64,000 bases of DNA. Origin: Coraliomargarita sp. GTDB lineage: Bacteria > Verrucomicrobiota > Verrucomicrobiia > Opitutales > Coraliomargaritaceae. The first letter of the stretch is position 1. Each line of letters begins with the position of its first letter. Made by a program: the position numbers and the translations under genes. Where the stretch lies: contig OZ244160.1 of assembly GCA_965216325.1 (NCBI GenBank), positions 1,504,001-1,568,000 on the forward strand. The letters are read 5' to 3'. The notes below the pieces were generated by a model. That model saw only the letters and a program-made list of their open reading frames with translations. It did no database searches and had not been told where the DNA came from. Below are positions 33,307 to 43,332 of the stretch, one piece after another.

Positions 33307-34512
33307 TCATGATTTGCCAAGTCTTTCGAGCTGGTAATCACCAGAGAGGATACGCTGCCACCAATCTGTATTGTCCAGATACCATTGAACTGTTTTCCGG
33401 AAACCGGACTCGAAATCCTCTTTAGGCTCCCATCCAAGCTCATCGCGGATCTTAGTCGGATCAATCGCGTAGCGCATGTCGTGGCCGGGGCGGTCGGTGA
33501 CGAAGGTGATCAAATCCTGAAAGGATTTGGATGATGGATGACTGCTTGCGGATGACTGATCTGAAGGTGCGGCGCGGGACGCGCCTGCGCTACCTGAAAT
33601 CTCCTCTTCTAGAATTACACAGATTTTCTTAATCAAATCGAGGTTCGTCTGTTCGTTATTGCCACCGATATTGTAGGTTTCTCCAACACGGCCTTTCGCC
33701 AAAACTGTGTAGAGCGCCTCGGCATGATCGGTGACATAGAGCCAGTCACGAATATTTTCCCCCTTCCCGTAGACTGGTATCGGCTCACCTCGTAGGCACT
33801 TTAGGATCACGACGGGTATCAACTTTTCTGGGAACTGATAGGGACCATAATTATTGGAACAATTCGTCACCAACACAGGCAAGCCATAGGTGTCGCCCCA
33901 GGCACGCGCGAGGTGATCGGAAGCCGCTTTCGACGCCGAATAGGGGGAGTGTGGATCGTAAGGCGTGGTTTCGGAGAAGCCGGGAGCCTCCGCATCTAAA
34001 GAGCCGTAAACTTCGTCGGTGGAAACATGCAAAAATCGGAAGGATTTTTGCGAGGGCTGAGACTTGAGACCTGAGACTTGAGTGGGAAGGTGGGAAGGTT
34101 CTAAGGTGGGAAGGTCCGAAGCGTCGTTACGGGCGTGCGGAACGCTCGCCCCTACAGGCAAACTCCTCCAGTATTCGAGGCTGGCTTGGAGAAGGTTATA
34201 AGTGCCGACGACGTTGGTTTGGATGAACTCTCCGGGGCCATCGATTGAGCGGTCGACATGGCTCTCAGCTGCGAGGTGCATGACAGCATCCGGCTGGTGT
34301 TTTTCGAAAACTTCGGCGAGCGCAGTGGCATCGCAGAGATCGACCTGCTCAAAGGTATAATTCGGATGCTCGGCGAGATCGGCGAGCGACTCCACATTAC
34401 CGGCATAGGTCAGCTTATCGAGATTCACGACCTCACATGCTTTATTTTCAATGAGCAGTCGGACGAGATTGGAGCCGATAAATCCGGCTCCGCCTGTTAC
34501 TAATATTTTCAT
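33307..34512 (-). CDS. rmlB: dTDP-glucose 4,6-dehydratase with two repeat-derived in-frame inserts
   Basis: [36 protein letters not shown]. Confidence 0.95.
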   Translation of the reverse strand: MKILVTGGAGFIGSNLVRLLIENKACEVVNLDKLTYAGNVESLADLAEHPNYTFEQVDLCDATALAEVFEKHQPDAVMHLAAESHVDRSIDGPGEFIQTNVVGTYNLLQASLEYWRSLPVGASVPHARNDASDLPTLEPSHLPTQVSGLKSQPSQKSFRFLHVSTDEVYGSLDAEAPGFSETTPYDPHSPYSASKAASDHLARAWGDTYGLPVLVTNCSNNYGPYQFPEKLIPVVILKCLRGEPIPVYGKGENIRDWLYVTDHAEALYTVLAKGRVGETYNIGGNNEQTNLDLIKKICVILEEEISGSAGASRAAPSDQSSASSHPSSKSFQDLITFVTDRPGHDMRYAIDPTKIRDELGWEPKEDFESGFRKTVQWYLDNTDWWQRILSGDYQLERLGKS

Positions 34513-34807
34513 AGTAAAAATCGAAGATTTTTGATTAAAGATTACGGATTAGGGATGACTGATGGTGATTGCGGAGAAAAAGGGGTCATGCCGTATATGT
34601 CTATATTTACTGCGGCGAGGCGAAGAGTGGCACTGCGTGCCGTTAAGTGGGAGAGCCTGCGGCTCGGTTAAGTGGTTGGGTAGTTGAGTGGTTCAGCCGA
34701 TGGCTGAGTTAAGTGGTTGGGGCGTTGGGTGGTTGAGTGGGTGCGCGGCGCGCCCTTTGAGTGCCGCGTAAAAGCGCTTTGCGCCACGCGATCGTGCTCA
34801 CTGCCGG

Positions 34808-35166
34808 TTATATTGGGAGCTTTCGAACACGCGAGCGGTCGGGCTCATAGCTCACGAGCGCTCCAGATTTCAAATCGGACTCAAAGGTTTTAAAACATGC
34901 CAGAACGCTGCGCCCCAAGACGCAAGGGCCAAAATTTGGGACCGGATCTGAAAGACACTAGGGCTATCCAAGTGGGAGGCCGCTAGGATGGTGCCAAAGT
35001 CTAAATCGTTGGTAAGGATCACCGCCGTGCGTTGCTTGGCCCATTCCAGAATCTCAGTATCTGGCGCATCTGGCAGCCCGATCCGAGTCCAGTGCTGAAC
35101 CTCGTAATCCTTATCAAATATCGTCTCCCACTCTGGTGAGAGATTCATGTCGATCACAACTCTCAC
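34808..35166 (-). pseudogene. DUF5615 PIN-like toxin, frameshifted
   Basis: MRVVIDMNLS...ILTNDLDFG. The expected C-terminus (LGRSVLACF...GALVSYEPDRSRVRKLPI*) is in another frame, ending at 34808. Confidence 0.75.
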
Positions 35167-35396
35167 GCAGATAACTCAAAGCTGAGTTCCTCTTCGCTCG
35201 CTCGCCATGCAGCGAAACGCAGACAGGCATCTATTTGCTCTGGGGTGATGTAGGGATACATCTCCAAGAGCCGCTCCCGCGAGGTTCCCGCGCCGAGCTG
35301 CCCGACTACACAGCCAACTGTAACCCGAGTGCCACGGATGCAGGGCTTGCCTCCCATAATAGAGGGGGCTGCGCAAATTTCGGGAAAGTGAATCAT
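35163..35396 (-). CDS. DUF433 antitoxin-like protein
   Basis: IMGGKPCIRGTRVTV...LLEMYPYIT..ACLRFAA. Confidence 0.88.
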   Translation of the reverse strand: MIHFPEICAAPSIMGGKPCIRGTRVTVGCVVGQLGAGTSRERLLEMYPYITPEQIDACLRFAAWRASEEELSFELSA

Positions 35397-35629
35397 AGTG
35401 GAAAGTCTGGAGGCCACTGCAATTAGGTCAAATGGAAAGAGCTTGTGAGGCTTCAAAGCGGGTCATGTCGTGAATTTTTCCAGAGGCGCTTCGTGGCGTG
35501 GACGCGAGTTTCGGTGGCGGCTGAGTGATTGGGGCGTTGGGTTGGGTGTGTGCCGCGTAAAGCGCTTTGCGCCACGCGGTTGAAGTTCCGCTACTTTGGA
35601 TAGGATTTAGACAGCGAAATTCCTCGCGA

Positions 35630-36058
35630 CTAGTAACTAATTACCTTCTGAAGCAGTTCAGGAACATGGTTCTGAGCCAAGTCCCACAGCGCGGCATCAT
35701 CGATGATATCATACCCGTGAGCCACCAAGTTCCGAAAGCCAATAATCTTACGATACTCGGGGATTCTTTGGGCGAGTCGTTCAGGATCCAAGCGCTCAAG
35801 GCGAACCAAAGCTTCACCGATAATCTGTTCTCTCATCTGCCCAGTGGGCACCCGACTCGATCCTCTCCTCTCAGGAGAGCTGACCATAAAGGGTCAGCCA
35901 TCTACGTGCATTTGCACTGCGTCAAATTCGCGCTCCAAGGCCAATTGGAGCAAACGATCGCAAAGAAAACTCTCAAAAGTTTTACCATCGACAAACCCGC
36001 TCAGCTCTTGGCAGGCAATCCGTATATCGATCAGTAATTTTTCGACGCTATGCGGCAT
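35630..36058 (-). pseudogene. HEPN/DUF86 toxin interrupted by a 96-bp insertion
   Basis: N-part MPHSVEK...ALEREF and C-part IIGEA...RNLVAHGY are in the same frame, separated by an insert containing TGA. Confidence 0.85.
35826..35921. mobile_element. 96-bp multi-hairpin insertion of unknown class
   Basis: Removing it restores GAA TTT GAG ATT ATC (EFEII); four hairpins; no TIR or clear TSD. Confidence 0.7.
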
Positions 36059-36350
36059 AAACAAGTTGCTTGGAATGCTGGACTGCACGCTCAAAATAGG
36101 GATTCCGAAACTTGCGGTTGACAATCAAATCAACCGGTCGCTCAAGCAATCCCTCAAGATCGTCCTTCAGTCCCATAAATTGCTCAAAGGCGCCTTGGTA
36201 ATCCACACGTTGGAATTCGACCAAAAAATCAATATCGCTCTCTGCACTGAACCGTTCTGAAACAACAGAGCCGAACACAAAAAGTGACTGCACCAAATGC
36301 TTTTCGCAAAGAGCTTTAATGCCTACCTGATGTTGCTCAATAAGGTTCAT
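36048..36350 (-). CDS. Minimal nucleotidyltransferase (MNT)
   Basis: LFVFGSV...SDIDFLVEF, RPVDL, NPYF. Confidence 0.9.
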   Translation of the reverse strand: MNLIEQHQVGIKALCEKHLVQSLFVFGSVVSERFSAESDIDFLVEFQRVDYQGAFEQFMGLKDDLEGLLERPVDLIVNRKFRNPYFERAVQHSKQLVYAA

Positions 36351-36925
36351 TACCTATATCATTGTGTTGACCTGTGGGGTCCGTCAAGGGCCCCAAATGG
36401 GGTCATGTCATTAGCTTTGTGGGTGTTCCTGGATGATTCTGCGCAAGAACCTAGGGCTTCAGGGGAACGGCGGGGGTGAAGGGGAACCGTTCATTACGTG
36501 AATGGACGTTAATTCTTGGAGGATGGCGGGAGGCACTCAGTTTTAAGGGTTAAGCGATTAAGTTTTAAGCTGCTATAGGACTGAAGGGGGCTGGAGCGCT
36601 ACGCGGGTGAGGCTCTTAATCGTAATCCTACTCTTAATCTTAATCTCTGTAGCGGAGCTTTTCCAGAAGCCGGAAGACAGAGGTCAGAGGACAGACTATT
36701 TTGCTGGAAGTGGGCTTCTACTTTTGAGCGGCCGTAACGAGTTCCTCGTTCCGCTACGGATCAGACGGCCAACTCAGGCCTCAAGTCTCAAACTCATCCT
36801 TCCAAGTCTATCTTAATCTCTGTGGCGGGGGGGAACCGTTCATTGCGTGAATGGACGTTAATTCTTGGAGACTGGTGGTGCTGAGGGGGGGGGACAAGCG
36901 GAACAGAATTCAGAATGATCGATGC

Positions 36926-37267
36926 TCAACCGCAAGCGATCATCGCACGAACTTGCTCAGCAAGCGGCTGGATATCATGCATAACCGTGCTCCACAGGAT
37001 CCGATAATCGATCACATCATAACCGTGTGCTAAAACGTTGCGCATTCCGATAATTTTGCGCCCATTTTCAATCCGCTCAAAAGCAGCTTCATTAAGCCGC
37101 TCCAATCGCTTAAGCGCTTCTCCTATAATCTCCAATTCACGCTCTACAGCAACCTGCTGCAGGCGACTTTGATTGAATACATCCTCGGTAACGCCATGAA
37201 GGAACGATTCAATTTCTTCAATCGCTGTTAAAATATCGACGCAGAGCTTTTCTTCTTTAGGCGGCAT
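36926..37267 (-). CDS. HEPN/DUF86 toxin
   Basis: AVERELEIIGEA and MRNVLAHGY. Confidence 0.9.
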   Translation of the reverse strand: MPPKEEKLCVDILTAIEEIESFLHGVTEDVFNQSRLQQVAVERELEIIGEALKRLERLNEAAFERIENGRKIIGMRNVLAHGYDVIDYRILWSTVMHDIQPLAEQVRAMIACG

Positions 37268-37559
37268 ATATTGACTCTTTATGTGCATCCACCTCTCTAC
37301 GGAAGATTGGGTTACGAATCGCGCTATCGCACACCAGATCTACTGGCCGCTTTAGCAAGGCCTCCAAGTCAGTCTTCAACCCCCAATAACAATCGAAAAA
37401 ATTCCGATCAGCTTGCCAATTAAACTCAACGAGAAAATCTGCATCGCTGTCAGGCATCTGTTCACCACGAACAATTGAGCCAAAGGCATACAGTGACTGC
37501 ACCGAGTGTTTTCTGCAGAGAGTTTTGATCTCTAATAGATGCGTGTCGTAAAGTCTCAT
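37257..37559 (-). CDS. Minimal nucleotidyltransferase (MNT)
   Basis: LYAFGSIVRGE..DSDADFLVEF, RPVDLV. Confidence 0.9.
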   Translation of the reverse strand: MRLYDTHLLEIKTLCRKHSVQSLYAFGSIVRGEQMPDSDADFLVEFNWQADRNFFDCYWGLKTDLEALLKRPVDLVCDSAIRNPIFRREVDAHKESIYAA

Positions 37560-37568
37560 TGTGGACTT

Positions 37569-37597
37569 AAGATGGCTGAGGAGTTCCTCGGCGTCAA
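37569..37597 (-). promoter_or_regulatory. Candidate sigma70-type promoter with operator for the MNT-HEPN cassette
   Basis: TTGACG-17 bp-CATCTT, 9 nt before ATG; palindrome GAGGA-NN-TCCTC in the spacer. Confidence 0.5.
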
Positions 37598-38079
37598 ACG
37601 TTGAAAACGTAAGAACTCAAGGGAACGGCGGAGCCGTTGATTGAAAGGTGAACCGTTAATTACGTGAATGGACGTTAATTTTGGGAGGGTGACGGGAGGC
37701 ACTCAGTTTTAAGGGTTAAGCGATTAAGTTTTAAGCTGCTATAGGACTGAAGGGGGCTGGAGCGCTGCGCGGGTGAGGCTCTTAATCGTAATCCTACTCT
37801 TAATCTTAATCTCTGTGGCTCTGGGGGAACCGTTCATTACGTGAATGGACGTTAATTTTTGAGGATGAAGGGACACCTAGTTTTTAGTCATTAGGTATTA
37901 GGGTCTAGGCGCTTAATCCTAATCTCTGAGGGAAGCTGAAATGGCTCCTGGGGGAAAGCGGCGACTTCGACTTGTTCAGTGTAGACTAGAGGCACGCTTC
38001 TACTTTGGCTGGGGCTGTCGAAACGAGTTCCTCGTTCCGCGGGCGGATCAGACGGCAGGCGAATACACGAAGTAGACTC

Positions 38080-38277
38080 CTAAGAAGCTACCGCAAACTC
38101 ACAAGCATTTGGCAACTCAGCATGCTTGGACGCATTGAGAATCTCAAGACCAACGATGTTACCGTCAGCATCATAATCCAAGATGACCCCAGGTCGATTT
38201 TCGTCACTCTCCACGATCGCCCGCTCGCTCAATACGATGCGCAATACATCGACTTCTGTATCGTAATTTACTTTCAT
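38080..38277 (-). CDS. DUF2283 domain protein (putative antitoxin)
   Basis: MKVNYDTEVDVLRI...VILDYDADGNIVGLEILNAS. Confidence 0.88.
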   Translation of the reverse strand: MKVNYDTEVDVLRIVLSERAIVESDENRPGVILDYDADGNIVGLEILNASKHAELPNACEFAVAS

Positions 38278-38537
38278 TTCAAATCCTCCCAATACTTAGA
38301 GACTTTACTGGTTTGGTAAGCGGTGACAACCACTTTAGGTTCCTTTGAATCATTGACTATGATCCGTAATAAATAGGTTTCACCGTGATCGTTGTTAAAG
38401 CGCGACTGATAACATTGCAGTCCATCCTTAGCGACCACCACTTGCTCTGGGTCCACCAAGGCAGCTTCTATCAGGGAAATTGATAGCCCACGCCGATCAA
38501 TTTCAGTCTGTGCGTGTTTTGATAAGGTAAAATTCAT
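38274..38537 (-). CDS. DUF4258 domain protein (RelE/BrnT-like putative toxin)
   Basis: LSKHAQTEIDRRGLS...LRII...VVVTAY; coupled to DUF2283. Confidence 0.82.
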   Translation of the reverse strand: MNFTLSKHAQTEIDRRGLSISLIEAALVDPEQVVVAKDGLQCYQSRFNNDHGETYLLRIIVNDSKEPKVVVTAYQTSKVSKYWEDLK

Positions 38538-38862
38538 TATTGTGGTCCCTGAAATAAAAGGATCGTTTCACGATAACGGCTGGGCAAAGTAAAAAGGGTG
38601 CTTGAGACCAAGCTGCAATTCAATGGGAGAACCTGGAGCCCCCAATGCGGTCACGTCATTACCTTTGTGGGTGTTCATGGATGATTCTGCGCAAGAACCT
38701 AGGGCTTCAGGGGAGACGGCGGGGGTGAAGGGGAACCGTTCATTACGTGAATGGACGTTAATTTTTGGAGGATGGCTTAGGGAAAGCGGAGCTTTTCCAG
38801 AAGCCGGAAGACAGAGGTCAGAGGACAGACTATTTTGCTGGAAGTGCGCTGCGCGTGTTGTG

Positions 38863-39153
38863 TCACAATCGGTTCTGCCAATAAGCCGGTTCGCGGTGGA
38901 GCGATGCGATTGCCAGAATTAAGATTTCGTCGTGCCTGATTTGATAGATGATTCCGTATGGAAACACCTTGGTTCGGCACCTACGGACATTGGCAGAAAG
39001 AAGATTCCATGCTTCTGGATAAGCGACGATTCTTTCCACTGAGTTTCTAATTTCTAATAAAAACCGCAGCCCCAAACCAATTTCTTTTTCTTCGTAGTCG
39101 GCAACCGCCTCATCCAACTCAAGTTCGGCGATGCTTAGAAATCGAACGTTCAC
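38863..39153 (-). CDS. RelE/ParE family toxin
   Basis: AELELDEA..Y, GLGLRF, FPYGIIY, ILAIASLHREPAYW. Confidence 0.88.
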   Translation of the reverse strand: MNVRFLSIAELELDEAVADYEEKEIGLGLRFLLEIRNSVERIVAYPEAWNLLSANVRRCRTKVFPYGIIYQIRHDEILILAIASLHREPAYWQNRL

Positions 39154-39383
39154 TGATTATATTTTCTCTCAAGACGCTCAAAAACGGCAGATGCCTCCAC
39201 CGAGGCGATCCGACCAGCATTATATGCGTTAATACGATCTTCGGATTCTGACGCCCATTTTTCGTCAATCGAAATTTGATGCGGTGCATCCAAGCTAGAG
39301 AGCAGTTTCTCCGCAAGACTGGCACGATCCAAGGCCGAAAGACCGAACACTTGATCTTCAAGTTCTTTAGTTAATGCACTCAT
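39150..39383 (-). CDS. Putative addiction module antitoxin
   Basis: LSALDRASLAEKLLSSLD...W..E.EDR motif; overlaps toxin start. Confidence 0.85.
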   Translation of the reverse strand: MSALTKELEDQVFGLSALDRASLAEKLLSSLDAPHQISIDEKWASESEDRINAYNAGRIASVEASAVFERLERKYNQ

Positions 39384-40220
39384 GTCTACAGGATCGGTGA
39401 ATACGTTATTTTGTCAATTCCGACCGGCGCTCAGGTTGGGGGAAGAGCAATTCAAAGCCCCAAATGGGGTCCTGTCATTACCTTTGTGGGTGTTCCTGGA
39501 TGATTCTGCGCAAGAACCTAGGGCTTCAGGGGAGACGGCGGGGGTGAAGTGGAACCGTTAATTACGTGAATGGACGTTAATTTTTGGGAAGGTGGCTCTG
39601 AAGGAAACGGCTGGAAGTGGGCTTCTACTTTGGGCTATGTGGCGGGCGCATCAAGTTGCGCCCCTACGGCTGTGCGGAGTCCTGCTACTTTCGATGAAGG
39701 TCCAAATGGGGTCCTGTCATTACCTTTGTGGTAGTTCATGGATGATTCTGCGCAAGAGCCTAGGGCTTCAGGGGAGACGGCGGGGGTGAAGGGGAACCGT
39801 TAATTACGTGAATGGACGTTAATTTTTGGGAAGGTGGCTCTGAAGGAAACGGCTGGAAGTGGGCTTCTACTTTGGGCTATGTGGCGGGCGCATCAAGTTG
39901 CGCCCCTACGGATGGGTTAAGCAAAGGGGTCCTGCTACTTTCGTGGGCCAAAGGGGTCAAACGCAAAATCTAAAGACAGGCGCTGCGTGCCGAGGAGTCG
40001 TCAAGGAGTTGAGTCGTTCGGCGGAGCCAGGCGGCTACGCCGAGTGGTGAGTTTTGACTGGTGAAGGGTGAAGATTGATGAACGATGGAAGACCACAGAG
40101 TGAAGTGGAGACGGTGTAAGCACCGCACTATAACGACTGCTGCGCTTTACGCATTCGACAAACTTATCGACGCGAGGCTTGAACATCGTCGTAGGTCTAT
40201 AGCCTAAGAGCGGGGAGAGG

Positions 40221-40604
40221 CTATTCCATAATTCGTTGAACTAATTGCTGACCGATCTCTTCTGCAAGCGTGCAATACAATCGAGCGTCGCGTATGCTAA
40301 CCTCGGGAAGATCCCCAGGATAGCGTCCATTTACGGCAAACAAAGTAAGTGTATCACAAAGATTCAATAGACCTTCTATTTCCCGCCCCTCAGACTGTTG
40401 CACAAGTCGATTAAGATCGTGAGTCCTTTCAATGTGTCTCCCGCGAGCAATGATTAGGGCCTTCAATAGCTTCTCCAGCATTTGCTGTAGGTGGAACATG
40501 CATGGCACTGTCAGTTCTTCCCCACTACGGATCAGGAGCTCAGCGACTCTCCAGTCCTCGTCGGCTTTATCCAGCCATTCTTGGATCTCCTCAGAAACCG
40601 CCAT
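40221..40604 (-). CDS. HEPN domain protein
   Basis: WLDKADED, FHLQQMLEKLLKA, THDL, RYP. Confidence 0.88.
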   Translation of the reverse strand: MAVSEEIQEWLDKADEDWRVAELLIRSGEELTVPCMFHLQQMLEKLLKALIIARGRHIERTHDLNRLVQQSEGREIEGLLNLCDTLTLFAVNGRYPGDLPEVSIRDARLYCTLAEEIGQQLVQRIME

Positions 40605-40929
40605 AGATAAGTTTCCCCGTGTCAACTACTTCGCGCTCAATTGAACTCTGCCATTGAGAGCGTTTCTTGAAGACGCTTTCGTGATCGACTATAATATCTT
40701 TGGCGACTGGCAGCTTACGAGTCGCTCGATATGCTTTGGTGGTATTGGAGAGCTTGTCGCCGTTACCATCTTCAACCACAACGAGCAGGTCGATGTCGCT
40801 TCCAACTCTTGCAGTCCCCCTCGCACAGGAACCAAACAAATAAATCTGCTTCGGATGGAGAGCTCGAATCAGTTCTTGCACCGCTAAATCGATCGACGAT
40901 TGGATCTCTTTGGTCATGTATTGATTCAT
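40591..40929 (-). CDS. Minimal nucleotidyltransferase (MNT)
   Basis: IYLFGSCARG....SDIDLLVV. Confidence 0.9.
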   Translation of the reverse strand: MNQYMTKEIQSSIDLAVQELIRALHPKQIYLFGSCARGTARVGSDIDLLVVVEDGNGDKLSNTTKAYRATRKLPVAKDIIVDHESVFKKRSQWQSSIEREVVDTGKLIYGGF

Positions 40930-41316
40930 ACTGTGGCGATAGAAAGTGAATGCAAGCTTCGTGAGGAGGGCGGCGGAACCGGACGGCTGCGCCGTTGATT
41001 GAAGGGGGAACCGTTCATTACGTGAATGGACGTTAATTTTTGGAGGATGACGGGAGGCACTCAGTTTTAAGGGTTAAGCGATTAAGTTTTAAGCTGCTAT
41101 AGGACTGAAGGGGGCTGGAGCGCTACGCGGGTGAGGCTCTTAATCGTAATCCTACTCTTAATCGTAATCTCTGTGGCTCTGGGGGAACCGTTCATTACGT
41201 TAATGGACGTTAATTCTTGGGAAGGTGGCTCTGGCTGGGGAAGCGAAGCTTTTCCAGAGGCCGGAAGACAGAGGTCAGAGGACAGACTATTATGCTGGAA
41301 GTGGGCTTCTACTTGC

Positions 41317-42579
41317 TCAGGGCTGGTAGGCGTTCGGGTGACGGGCGTGCGGAACGCTCGCCCCTACGGTTGCGCGGAGGCTGGCTTCAAAGACTTTCCG
41401 CGGTTGCCAGCTGAGTTCGCCACGAAGCTTGGAGGAATCAATCGCGTATCGAAGGTCGTGGCCTGGACGGTCAGACACCAAAGTTATGAGGCCCTCATAA
41501 CATTGGTGAGATGATTGATGATCGATGGTAGATGACTGATCTGAAGGTGCGGCGCGGGACGCGCCTGCGCTACCTGAAATCTCCTCCTCTAGAATTACAC
41601 AGATTTTCTTAATCAAATCTAGATTCGTCTGTTCGTTATTGCCGCCGATATTATAGGTTTCTCCAACACGACCTTTCGTCAAAACAGTGTAGAGTGCTTG
41701 GCAATGATCTTCGACAGCAATCCAATCGCGGATGTTTTCACCGGTGCCATAGACCGGAATCGGTTCCTGCTTGAGGCAACATTGGATGACTTTCGGGATG
41801 AGCTTTTCGGGATGCTGGCCAGCACCGTAGTTGTTGCTGCAACGTGTGATGATCGCCGGCAAGCCATAGGTCGTGTGCCACGACTGGACCAGGTGATCGG
41901 CGGCGGCTTTCGATGCGGCGTAGGGCGAACTCGGATTCAGGGGCGAGTCCTCCGTAAAGGGTGGGTCGCTTGGGCCGAGAGAGCCGTAGACTTCGTCGGT
42001 GGAGACGTGCACAAATCGGAACGATTTTTGCGAGGGCTGAGACTTGAGACCTGAGACTTGAGTGGGAAGGTGGGAAGGTTCTAAGGTGGAAAGGTCCGAA
42101 GCGTCGTTACGGGCGTGCGGAACGCTCGCCCCTACAGGCAAACTCCTCCAATACTCGAGACTCGCTTGCAGAAGATTATACGTGCCGACGACGTTGGTTT
42201 GGATGAACTCTCCGGGGCCATCGATTGAGCGGTCGACGTGGCTCTCAGCGGCGAGGTGGAGCACGGCGTGGGGCTTGAAATGCTGAAAGATCTCACTGAG
42301 TGATTTCTCCGAGAATGGTCGATGAGCGGTGGTCGATGCTTGAGCAGTATGGGTTTGCTCGGTGGCGGGCGCCGCAAGCAACGCCCCTACGTTTGGTTGG
42401 CCGAGATCGATGCGTTCGAACTGGTAGTTTGGGTGGCCTTTGAGGTCTTTAAGCGCCTCTGGATTGGCGGCGTAGGTGAGCTTATCCAAATTCAGGACCT
42501 CACAGCCCTTTTCCTCAATTAACATCCGGACCAAATGCGAGCCGATGAAGCCCGAGCCGCCAGTGACTAAAATACGCAT
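41317..42579 (-). CDS. rmlB: Second dTDP-glucose 4,6-dehydratase paralog; three inserts and a REP-derived C-terminus
   Basis: [36 protein letters not shown]. After LRATV the usual xWY is replaced by REP-encoded GASVPHAR. Confidence 0.85.
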   Translation of the reverse strand: MRILVTGGSGFIGSHLVRMLIEEKGCEVLNLDKLTYAANPEALKDLKGHPNYQFERIDLGQPNVGALLAAPATEQTHTAQASTTAHRPFSEKSLSEIFQHFKPHAVLHLAAESHVDRSIDGPGEFIQTNVVGTYNLLQASLEYWRSLPVGASVPHARNDASDLSTLEPSHLPTQVSGLKSQPSQKSFRFVHVSTDEVYGSLGPSDPPFTEDSPLNPSSPYAASKAAADHLVQSWHTTYGLPAIITRCSNNYGAGQHPEKLIPKVIQCCLKQEPIPVYGTGENIRDWIAVEDHCQALYTVLTKGRVGETYNIGGNNEQTNLDLIKKICVILEEEISGSAGASRAAPSDQSSTIDHQSSHQCYEGLITLVSDRPGHDLRYAIDSSKLRGELSWQPRKVFEASLRATVGASVPHARHPNAYQP

Positions 42580-42908
42580 GTGAGCAACGAAGTTGCAGTT
42601 GAGTGGTTCAGCCTACGGCTGAGTTGGGTGGTTGAGTGCCGCGTAAAGCGCTTTGCGCCACGCGGTTGAAGTGGGAGACTCTTAATCGTAATCCTACTCT
42701 TAATCGTAATCTCTGTGGCTCTGGGGGAACCGTTAATTACGTGAATGGACGTTAATTTTTGGAGGATGGCTTTGCGGGGAAAGCGGAGCTTTTCCAGAGG
42801 CCGGAAGACAGAGGTCAGAGGACAGACTATTTTGCTGGAAGTGGGCTTCTACTTTTGGCTCTGTGGCGGGCGCATCAAGTTGCGCCCCTACGGCTGTGCG
42901 GAGTCCTG

Positions 42909-43280
42909 CTACTTTCGATGCGGAATATACTCTCGGATTTGCGTCGTGCTGACGATCCAGAGTTTACCGTTCATAGTCGTCACCTGGCTGAGTCCACGCA
43001 GCAAGACATCCAATGCTTGCAAGATCTCGGAATACGTGGGGGCTTTGGACGGACGCAATACGATGATGCCTGCATACTTCTCCGGCGGATACTGCACTGG
43101 ATTCGAAAAGTCTAAGTCCAGCGTGACTAAAATGCGCGCTTCGACACGGCAAACTTCAATCAAAACCTCATCAATTGTCCCGGCGAGTTGCTGCGCCGTC
43201 ACCGAGCTCACGTCATAACCTGCTGCAGTCAGCAAAGAAAGGCCGCGCCGACCAAGGTTTTCATCTAACTTAAATTTCAT
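42909..43280 (-). CDS. DUF5615 PIN-like toxin
   Basis: MKFKLDENL, RILVTLDLDFSN, GIIVLR. Confidence 0.88.
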   Translation of the reverse strand: MKFKLDENLGRRGLSLLTAAGYDVSSVTAQQLAGTIDEVLIEVCRVEARILVTLDLDFSNPVQYPPEKYAGIIVLRPSKAPTYSEILQALDVLLRGLSQVTTMNGKLWIVSTTQIREYIPHRK

Positions 43281-43332
43281 CGCGTCGACGATTAACAAGC
43301 ACTTGAGCGGATCGACTCAACGGGGGCTTGAA

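Noticed and set aside
35826..35921. Group I/II intron, hammerhead ribozyme or selenocysteine recoding
   Set aside because: Too short for a self-splicing intron, no GUGYG start or CUGAUGA/GAAA core, and the UGA is in inserted sequence rather than at a conserved Cys position.
40001..40186. ORF MFKPRVDKFVECVK (and copy 47184..47384)
   Set aside because: Lies wholly in the duplicated composite repeat, and the two copies have different starts.
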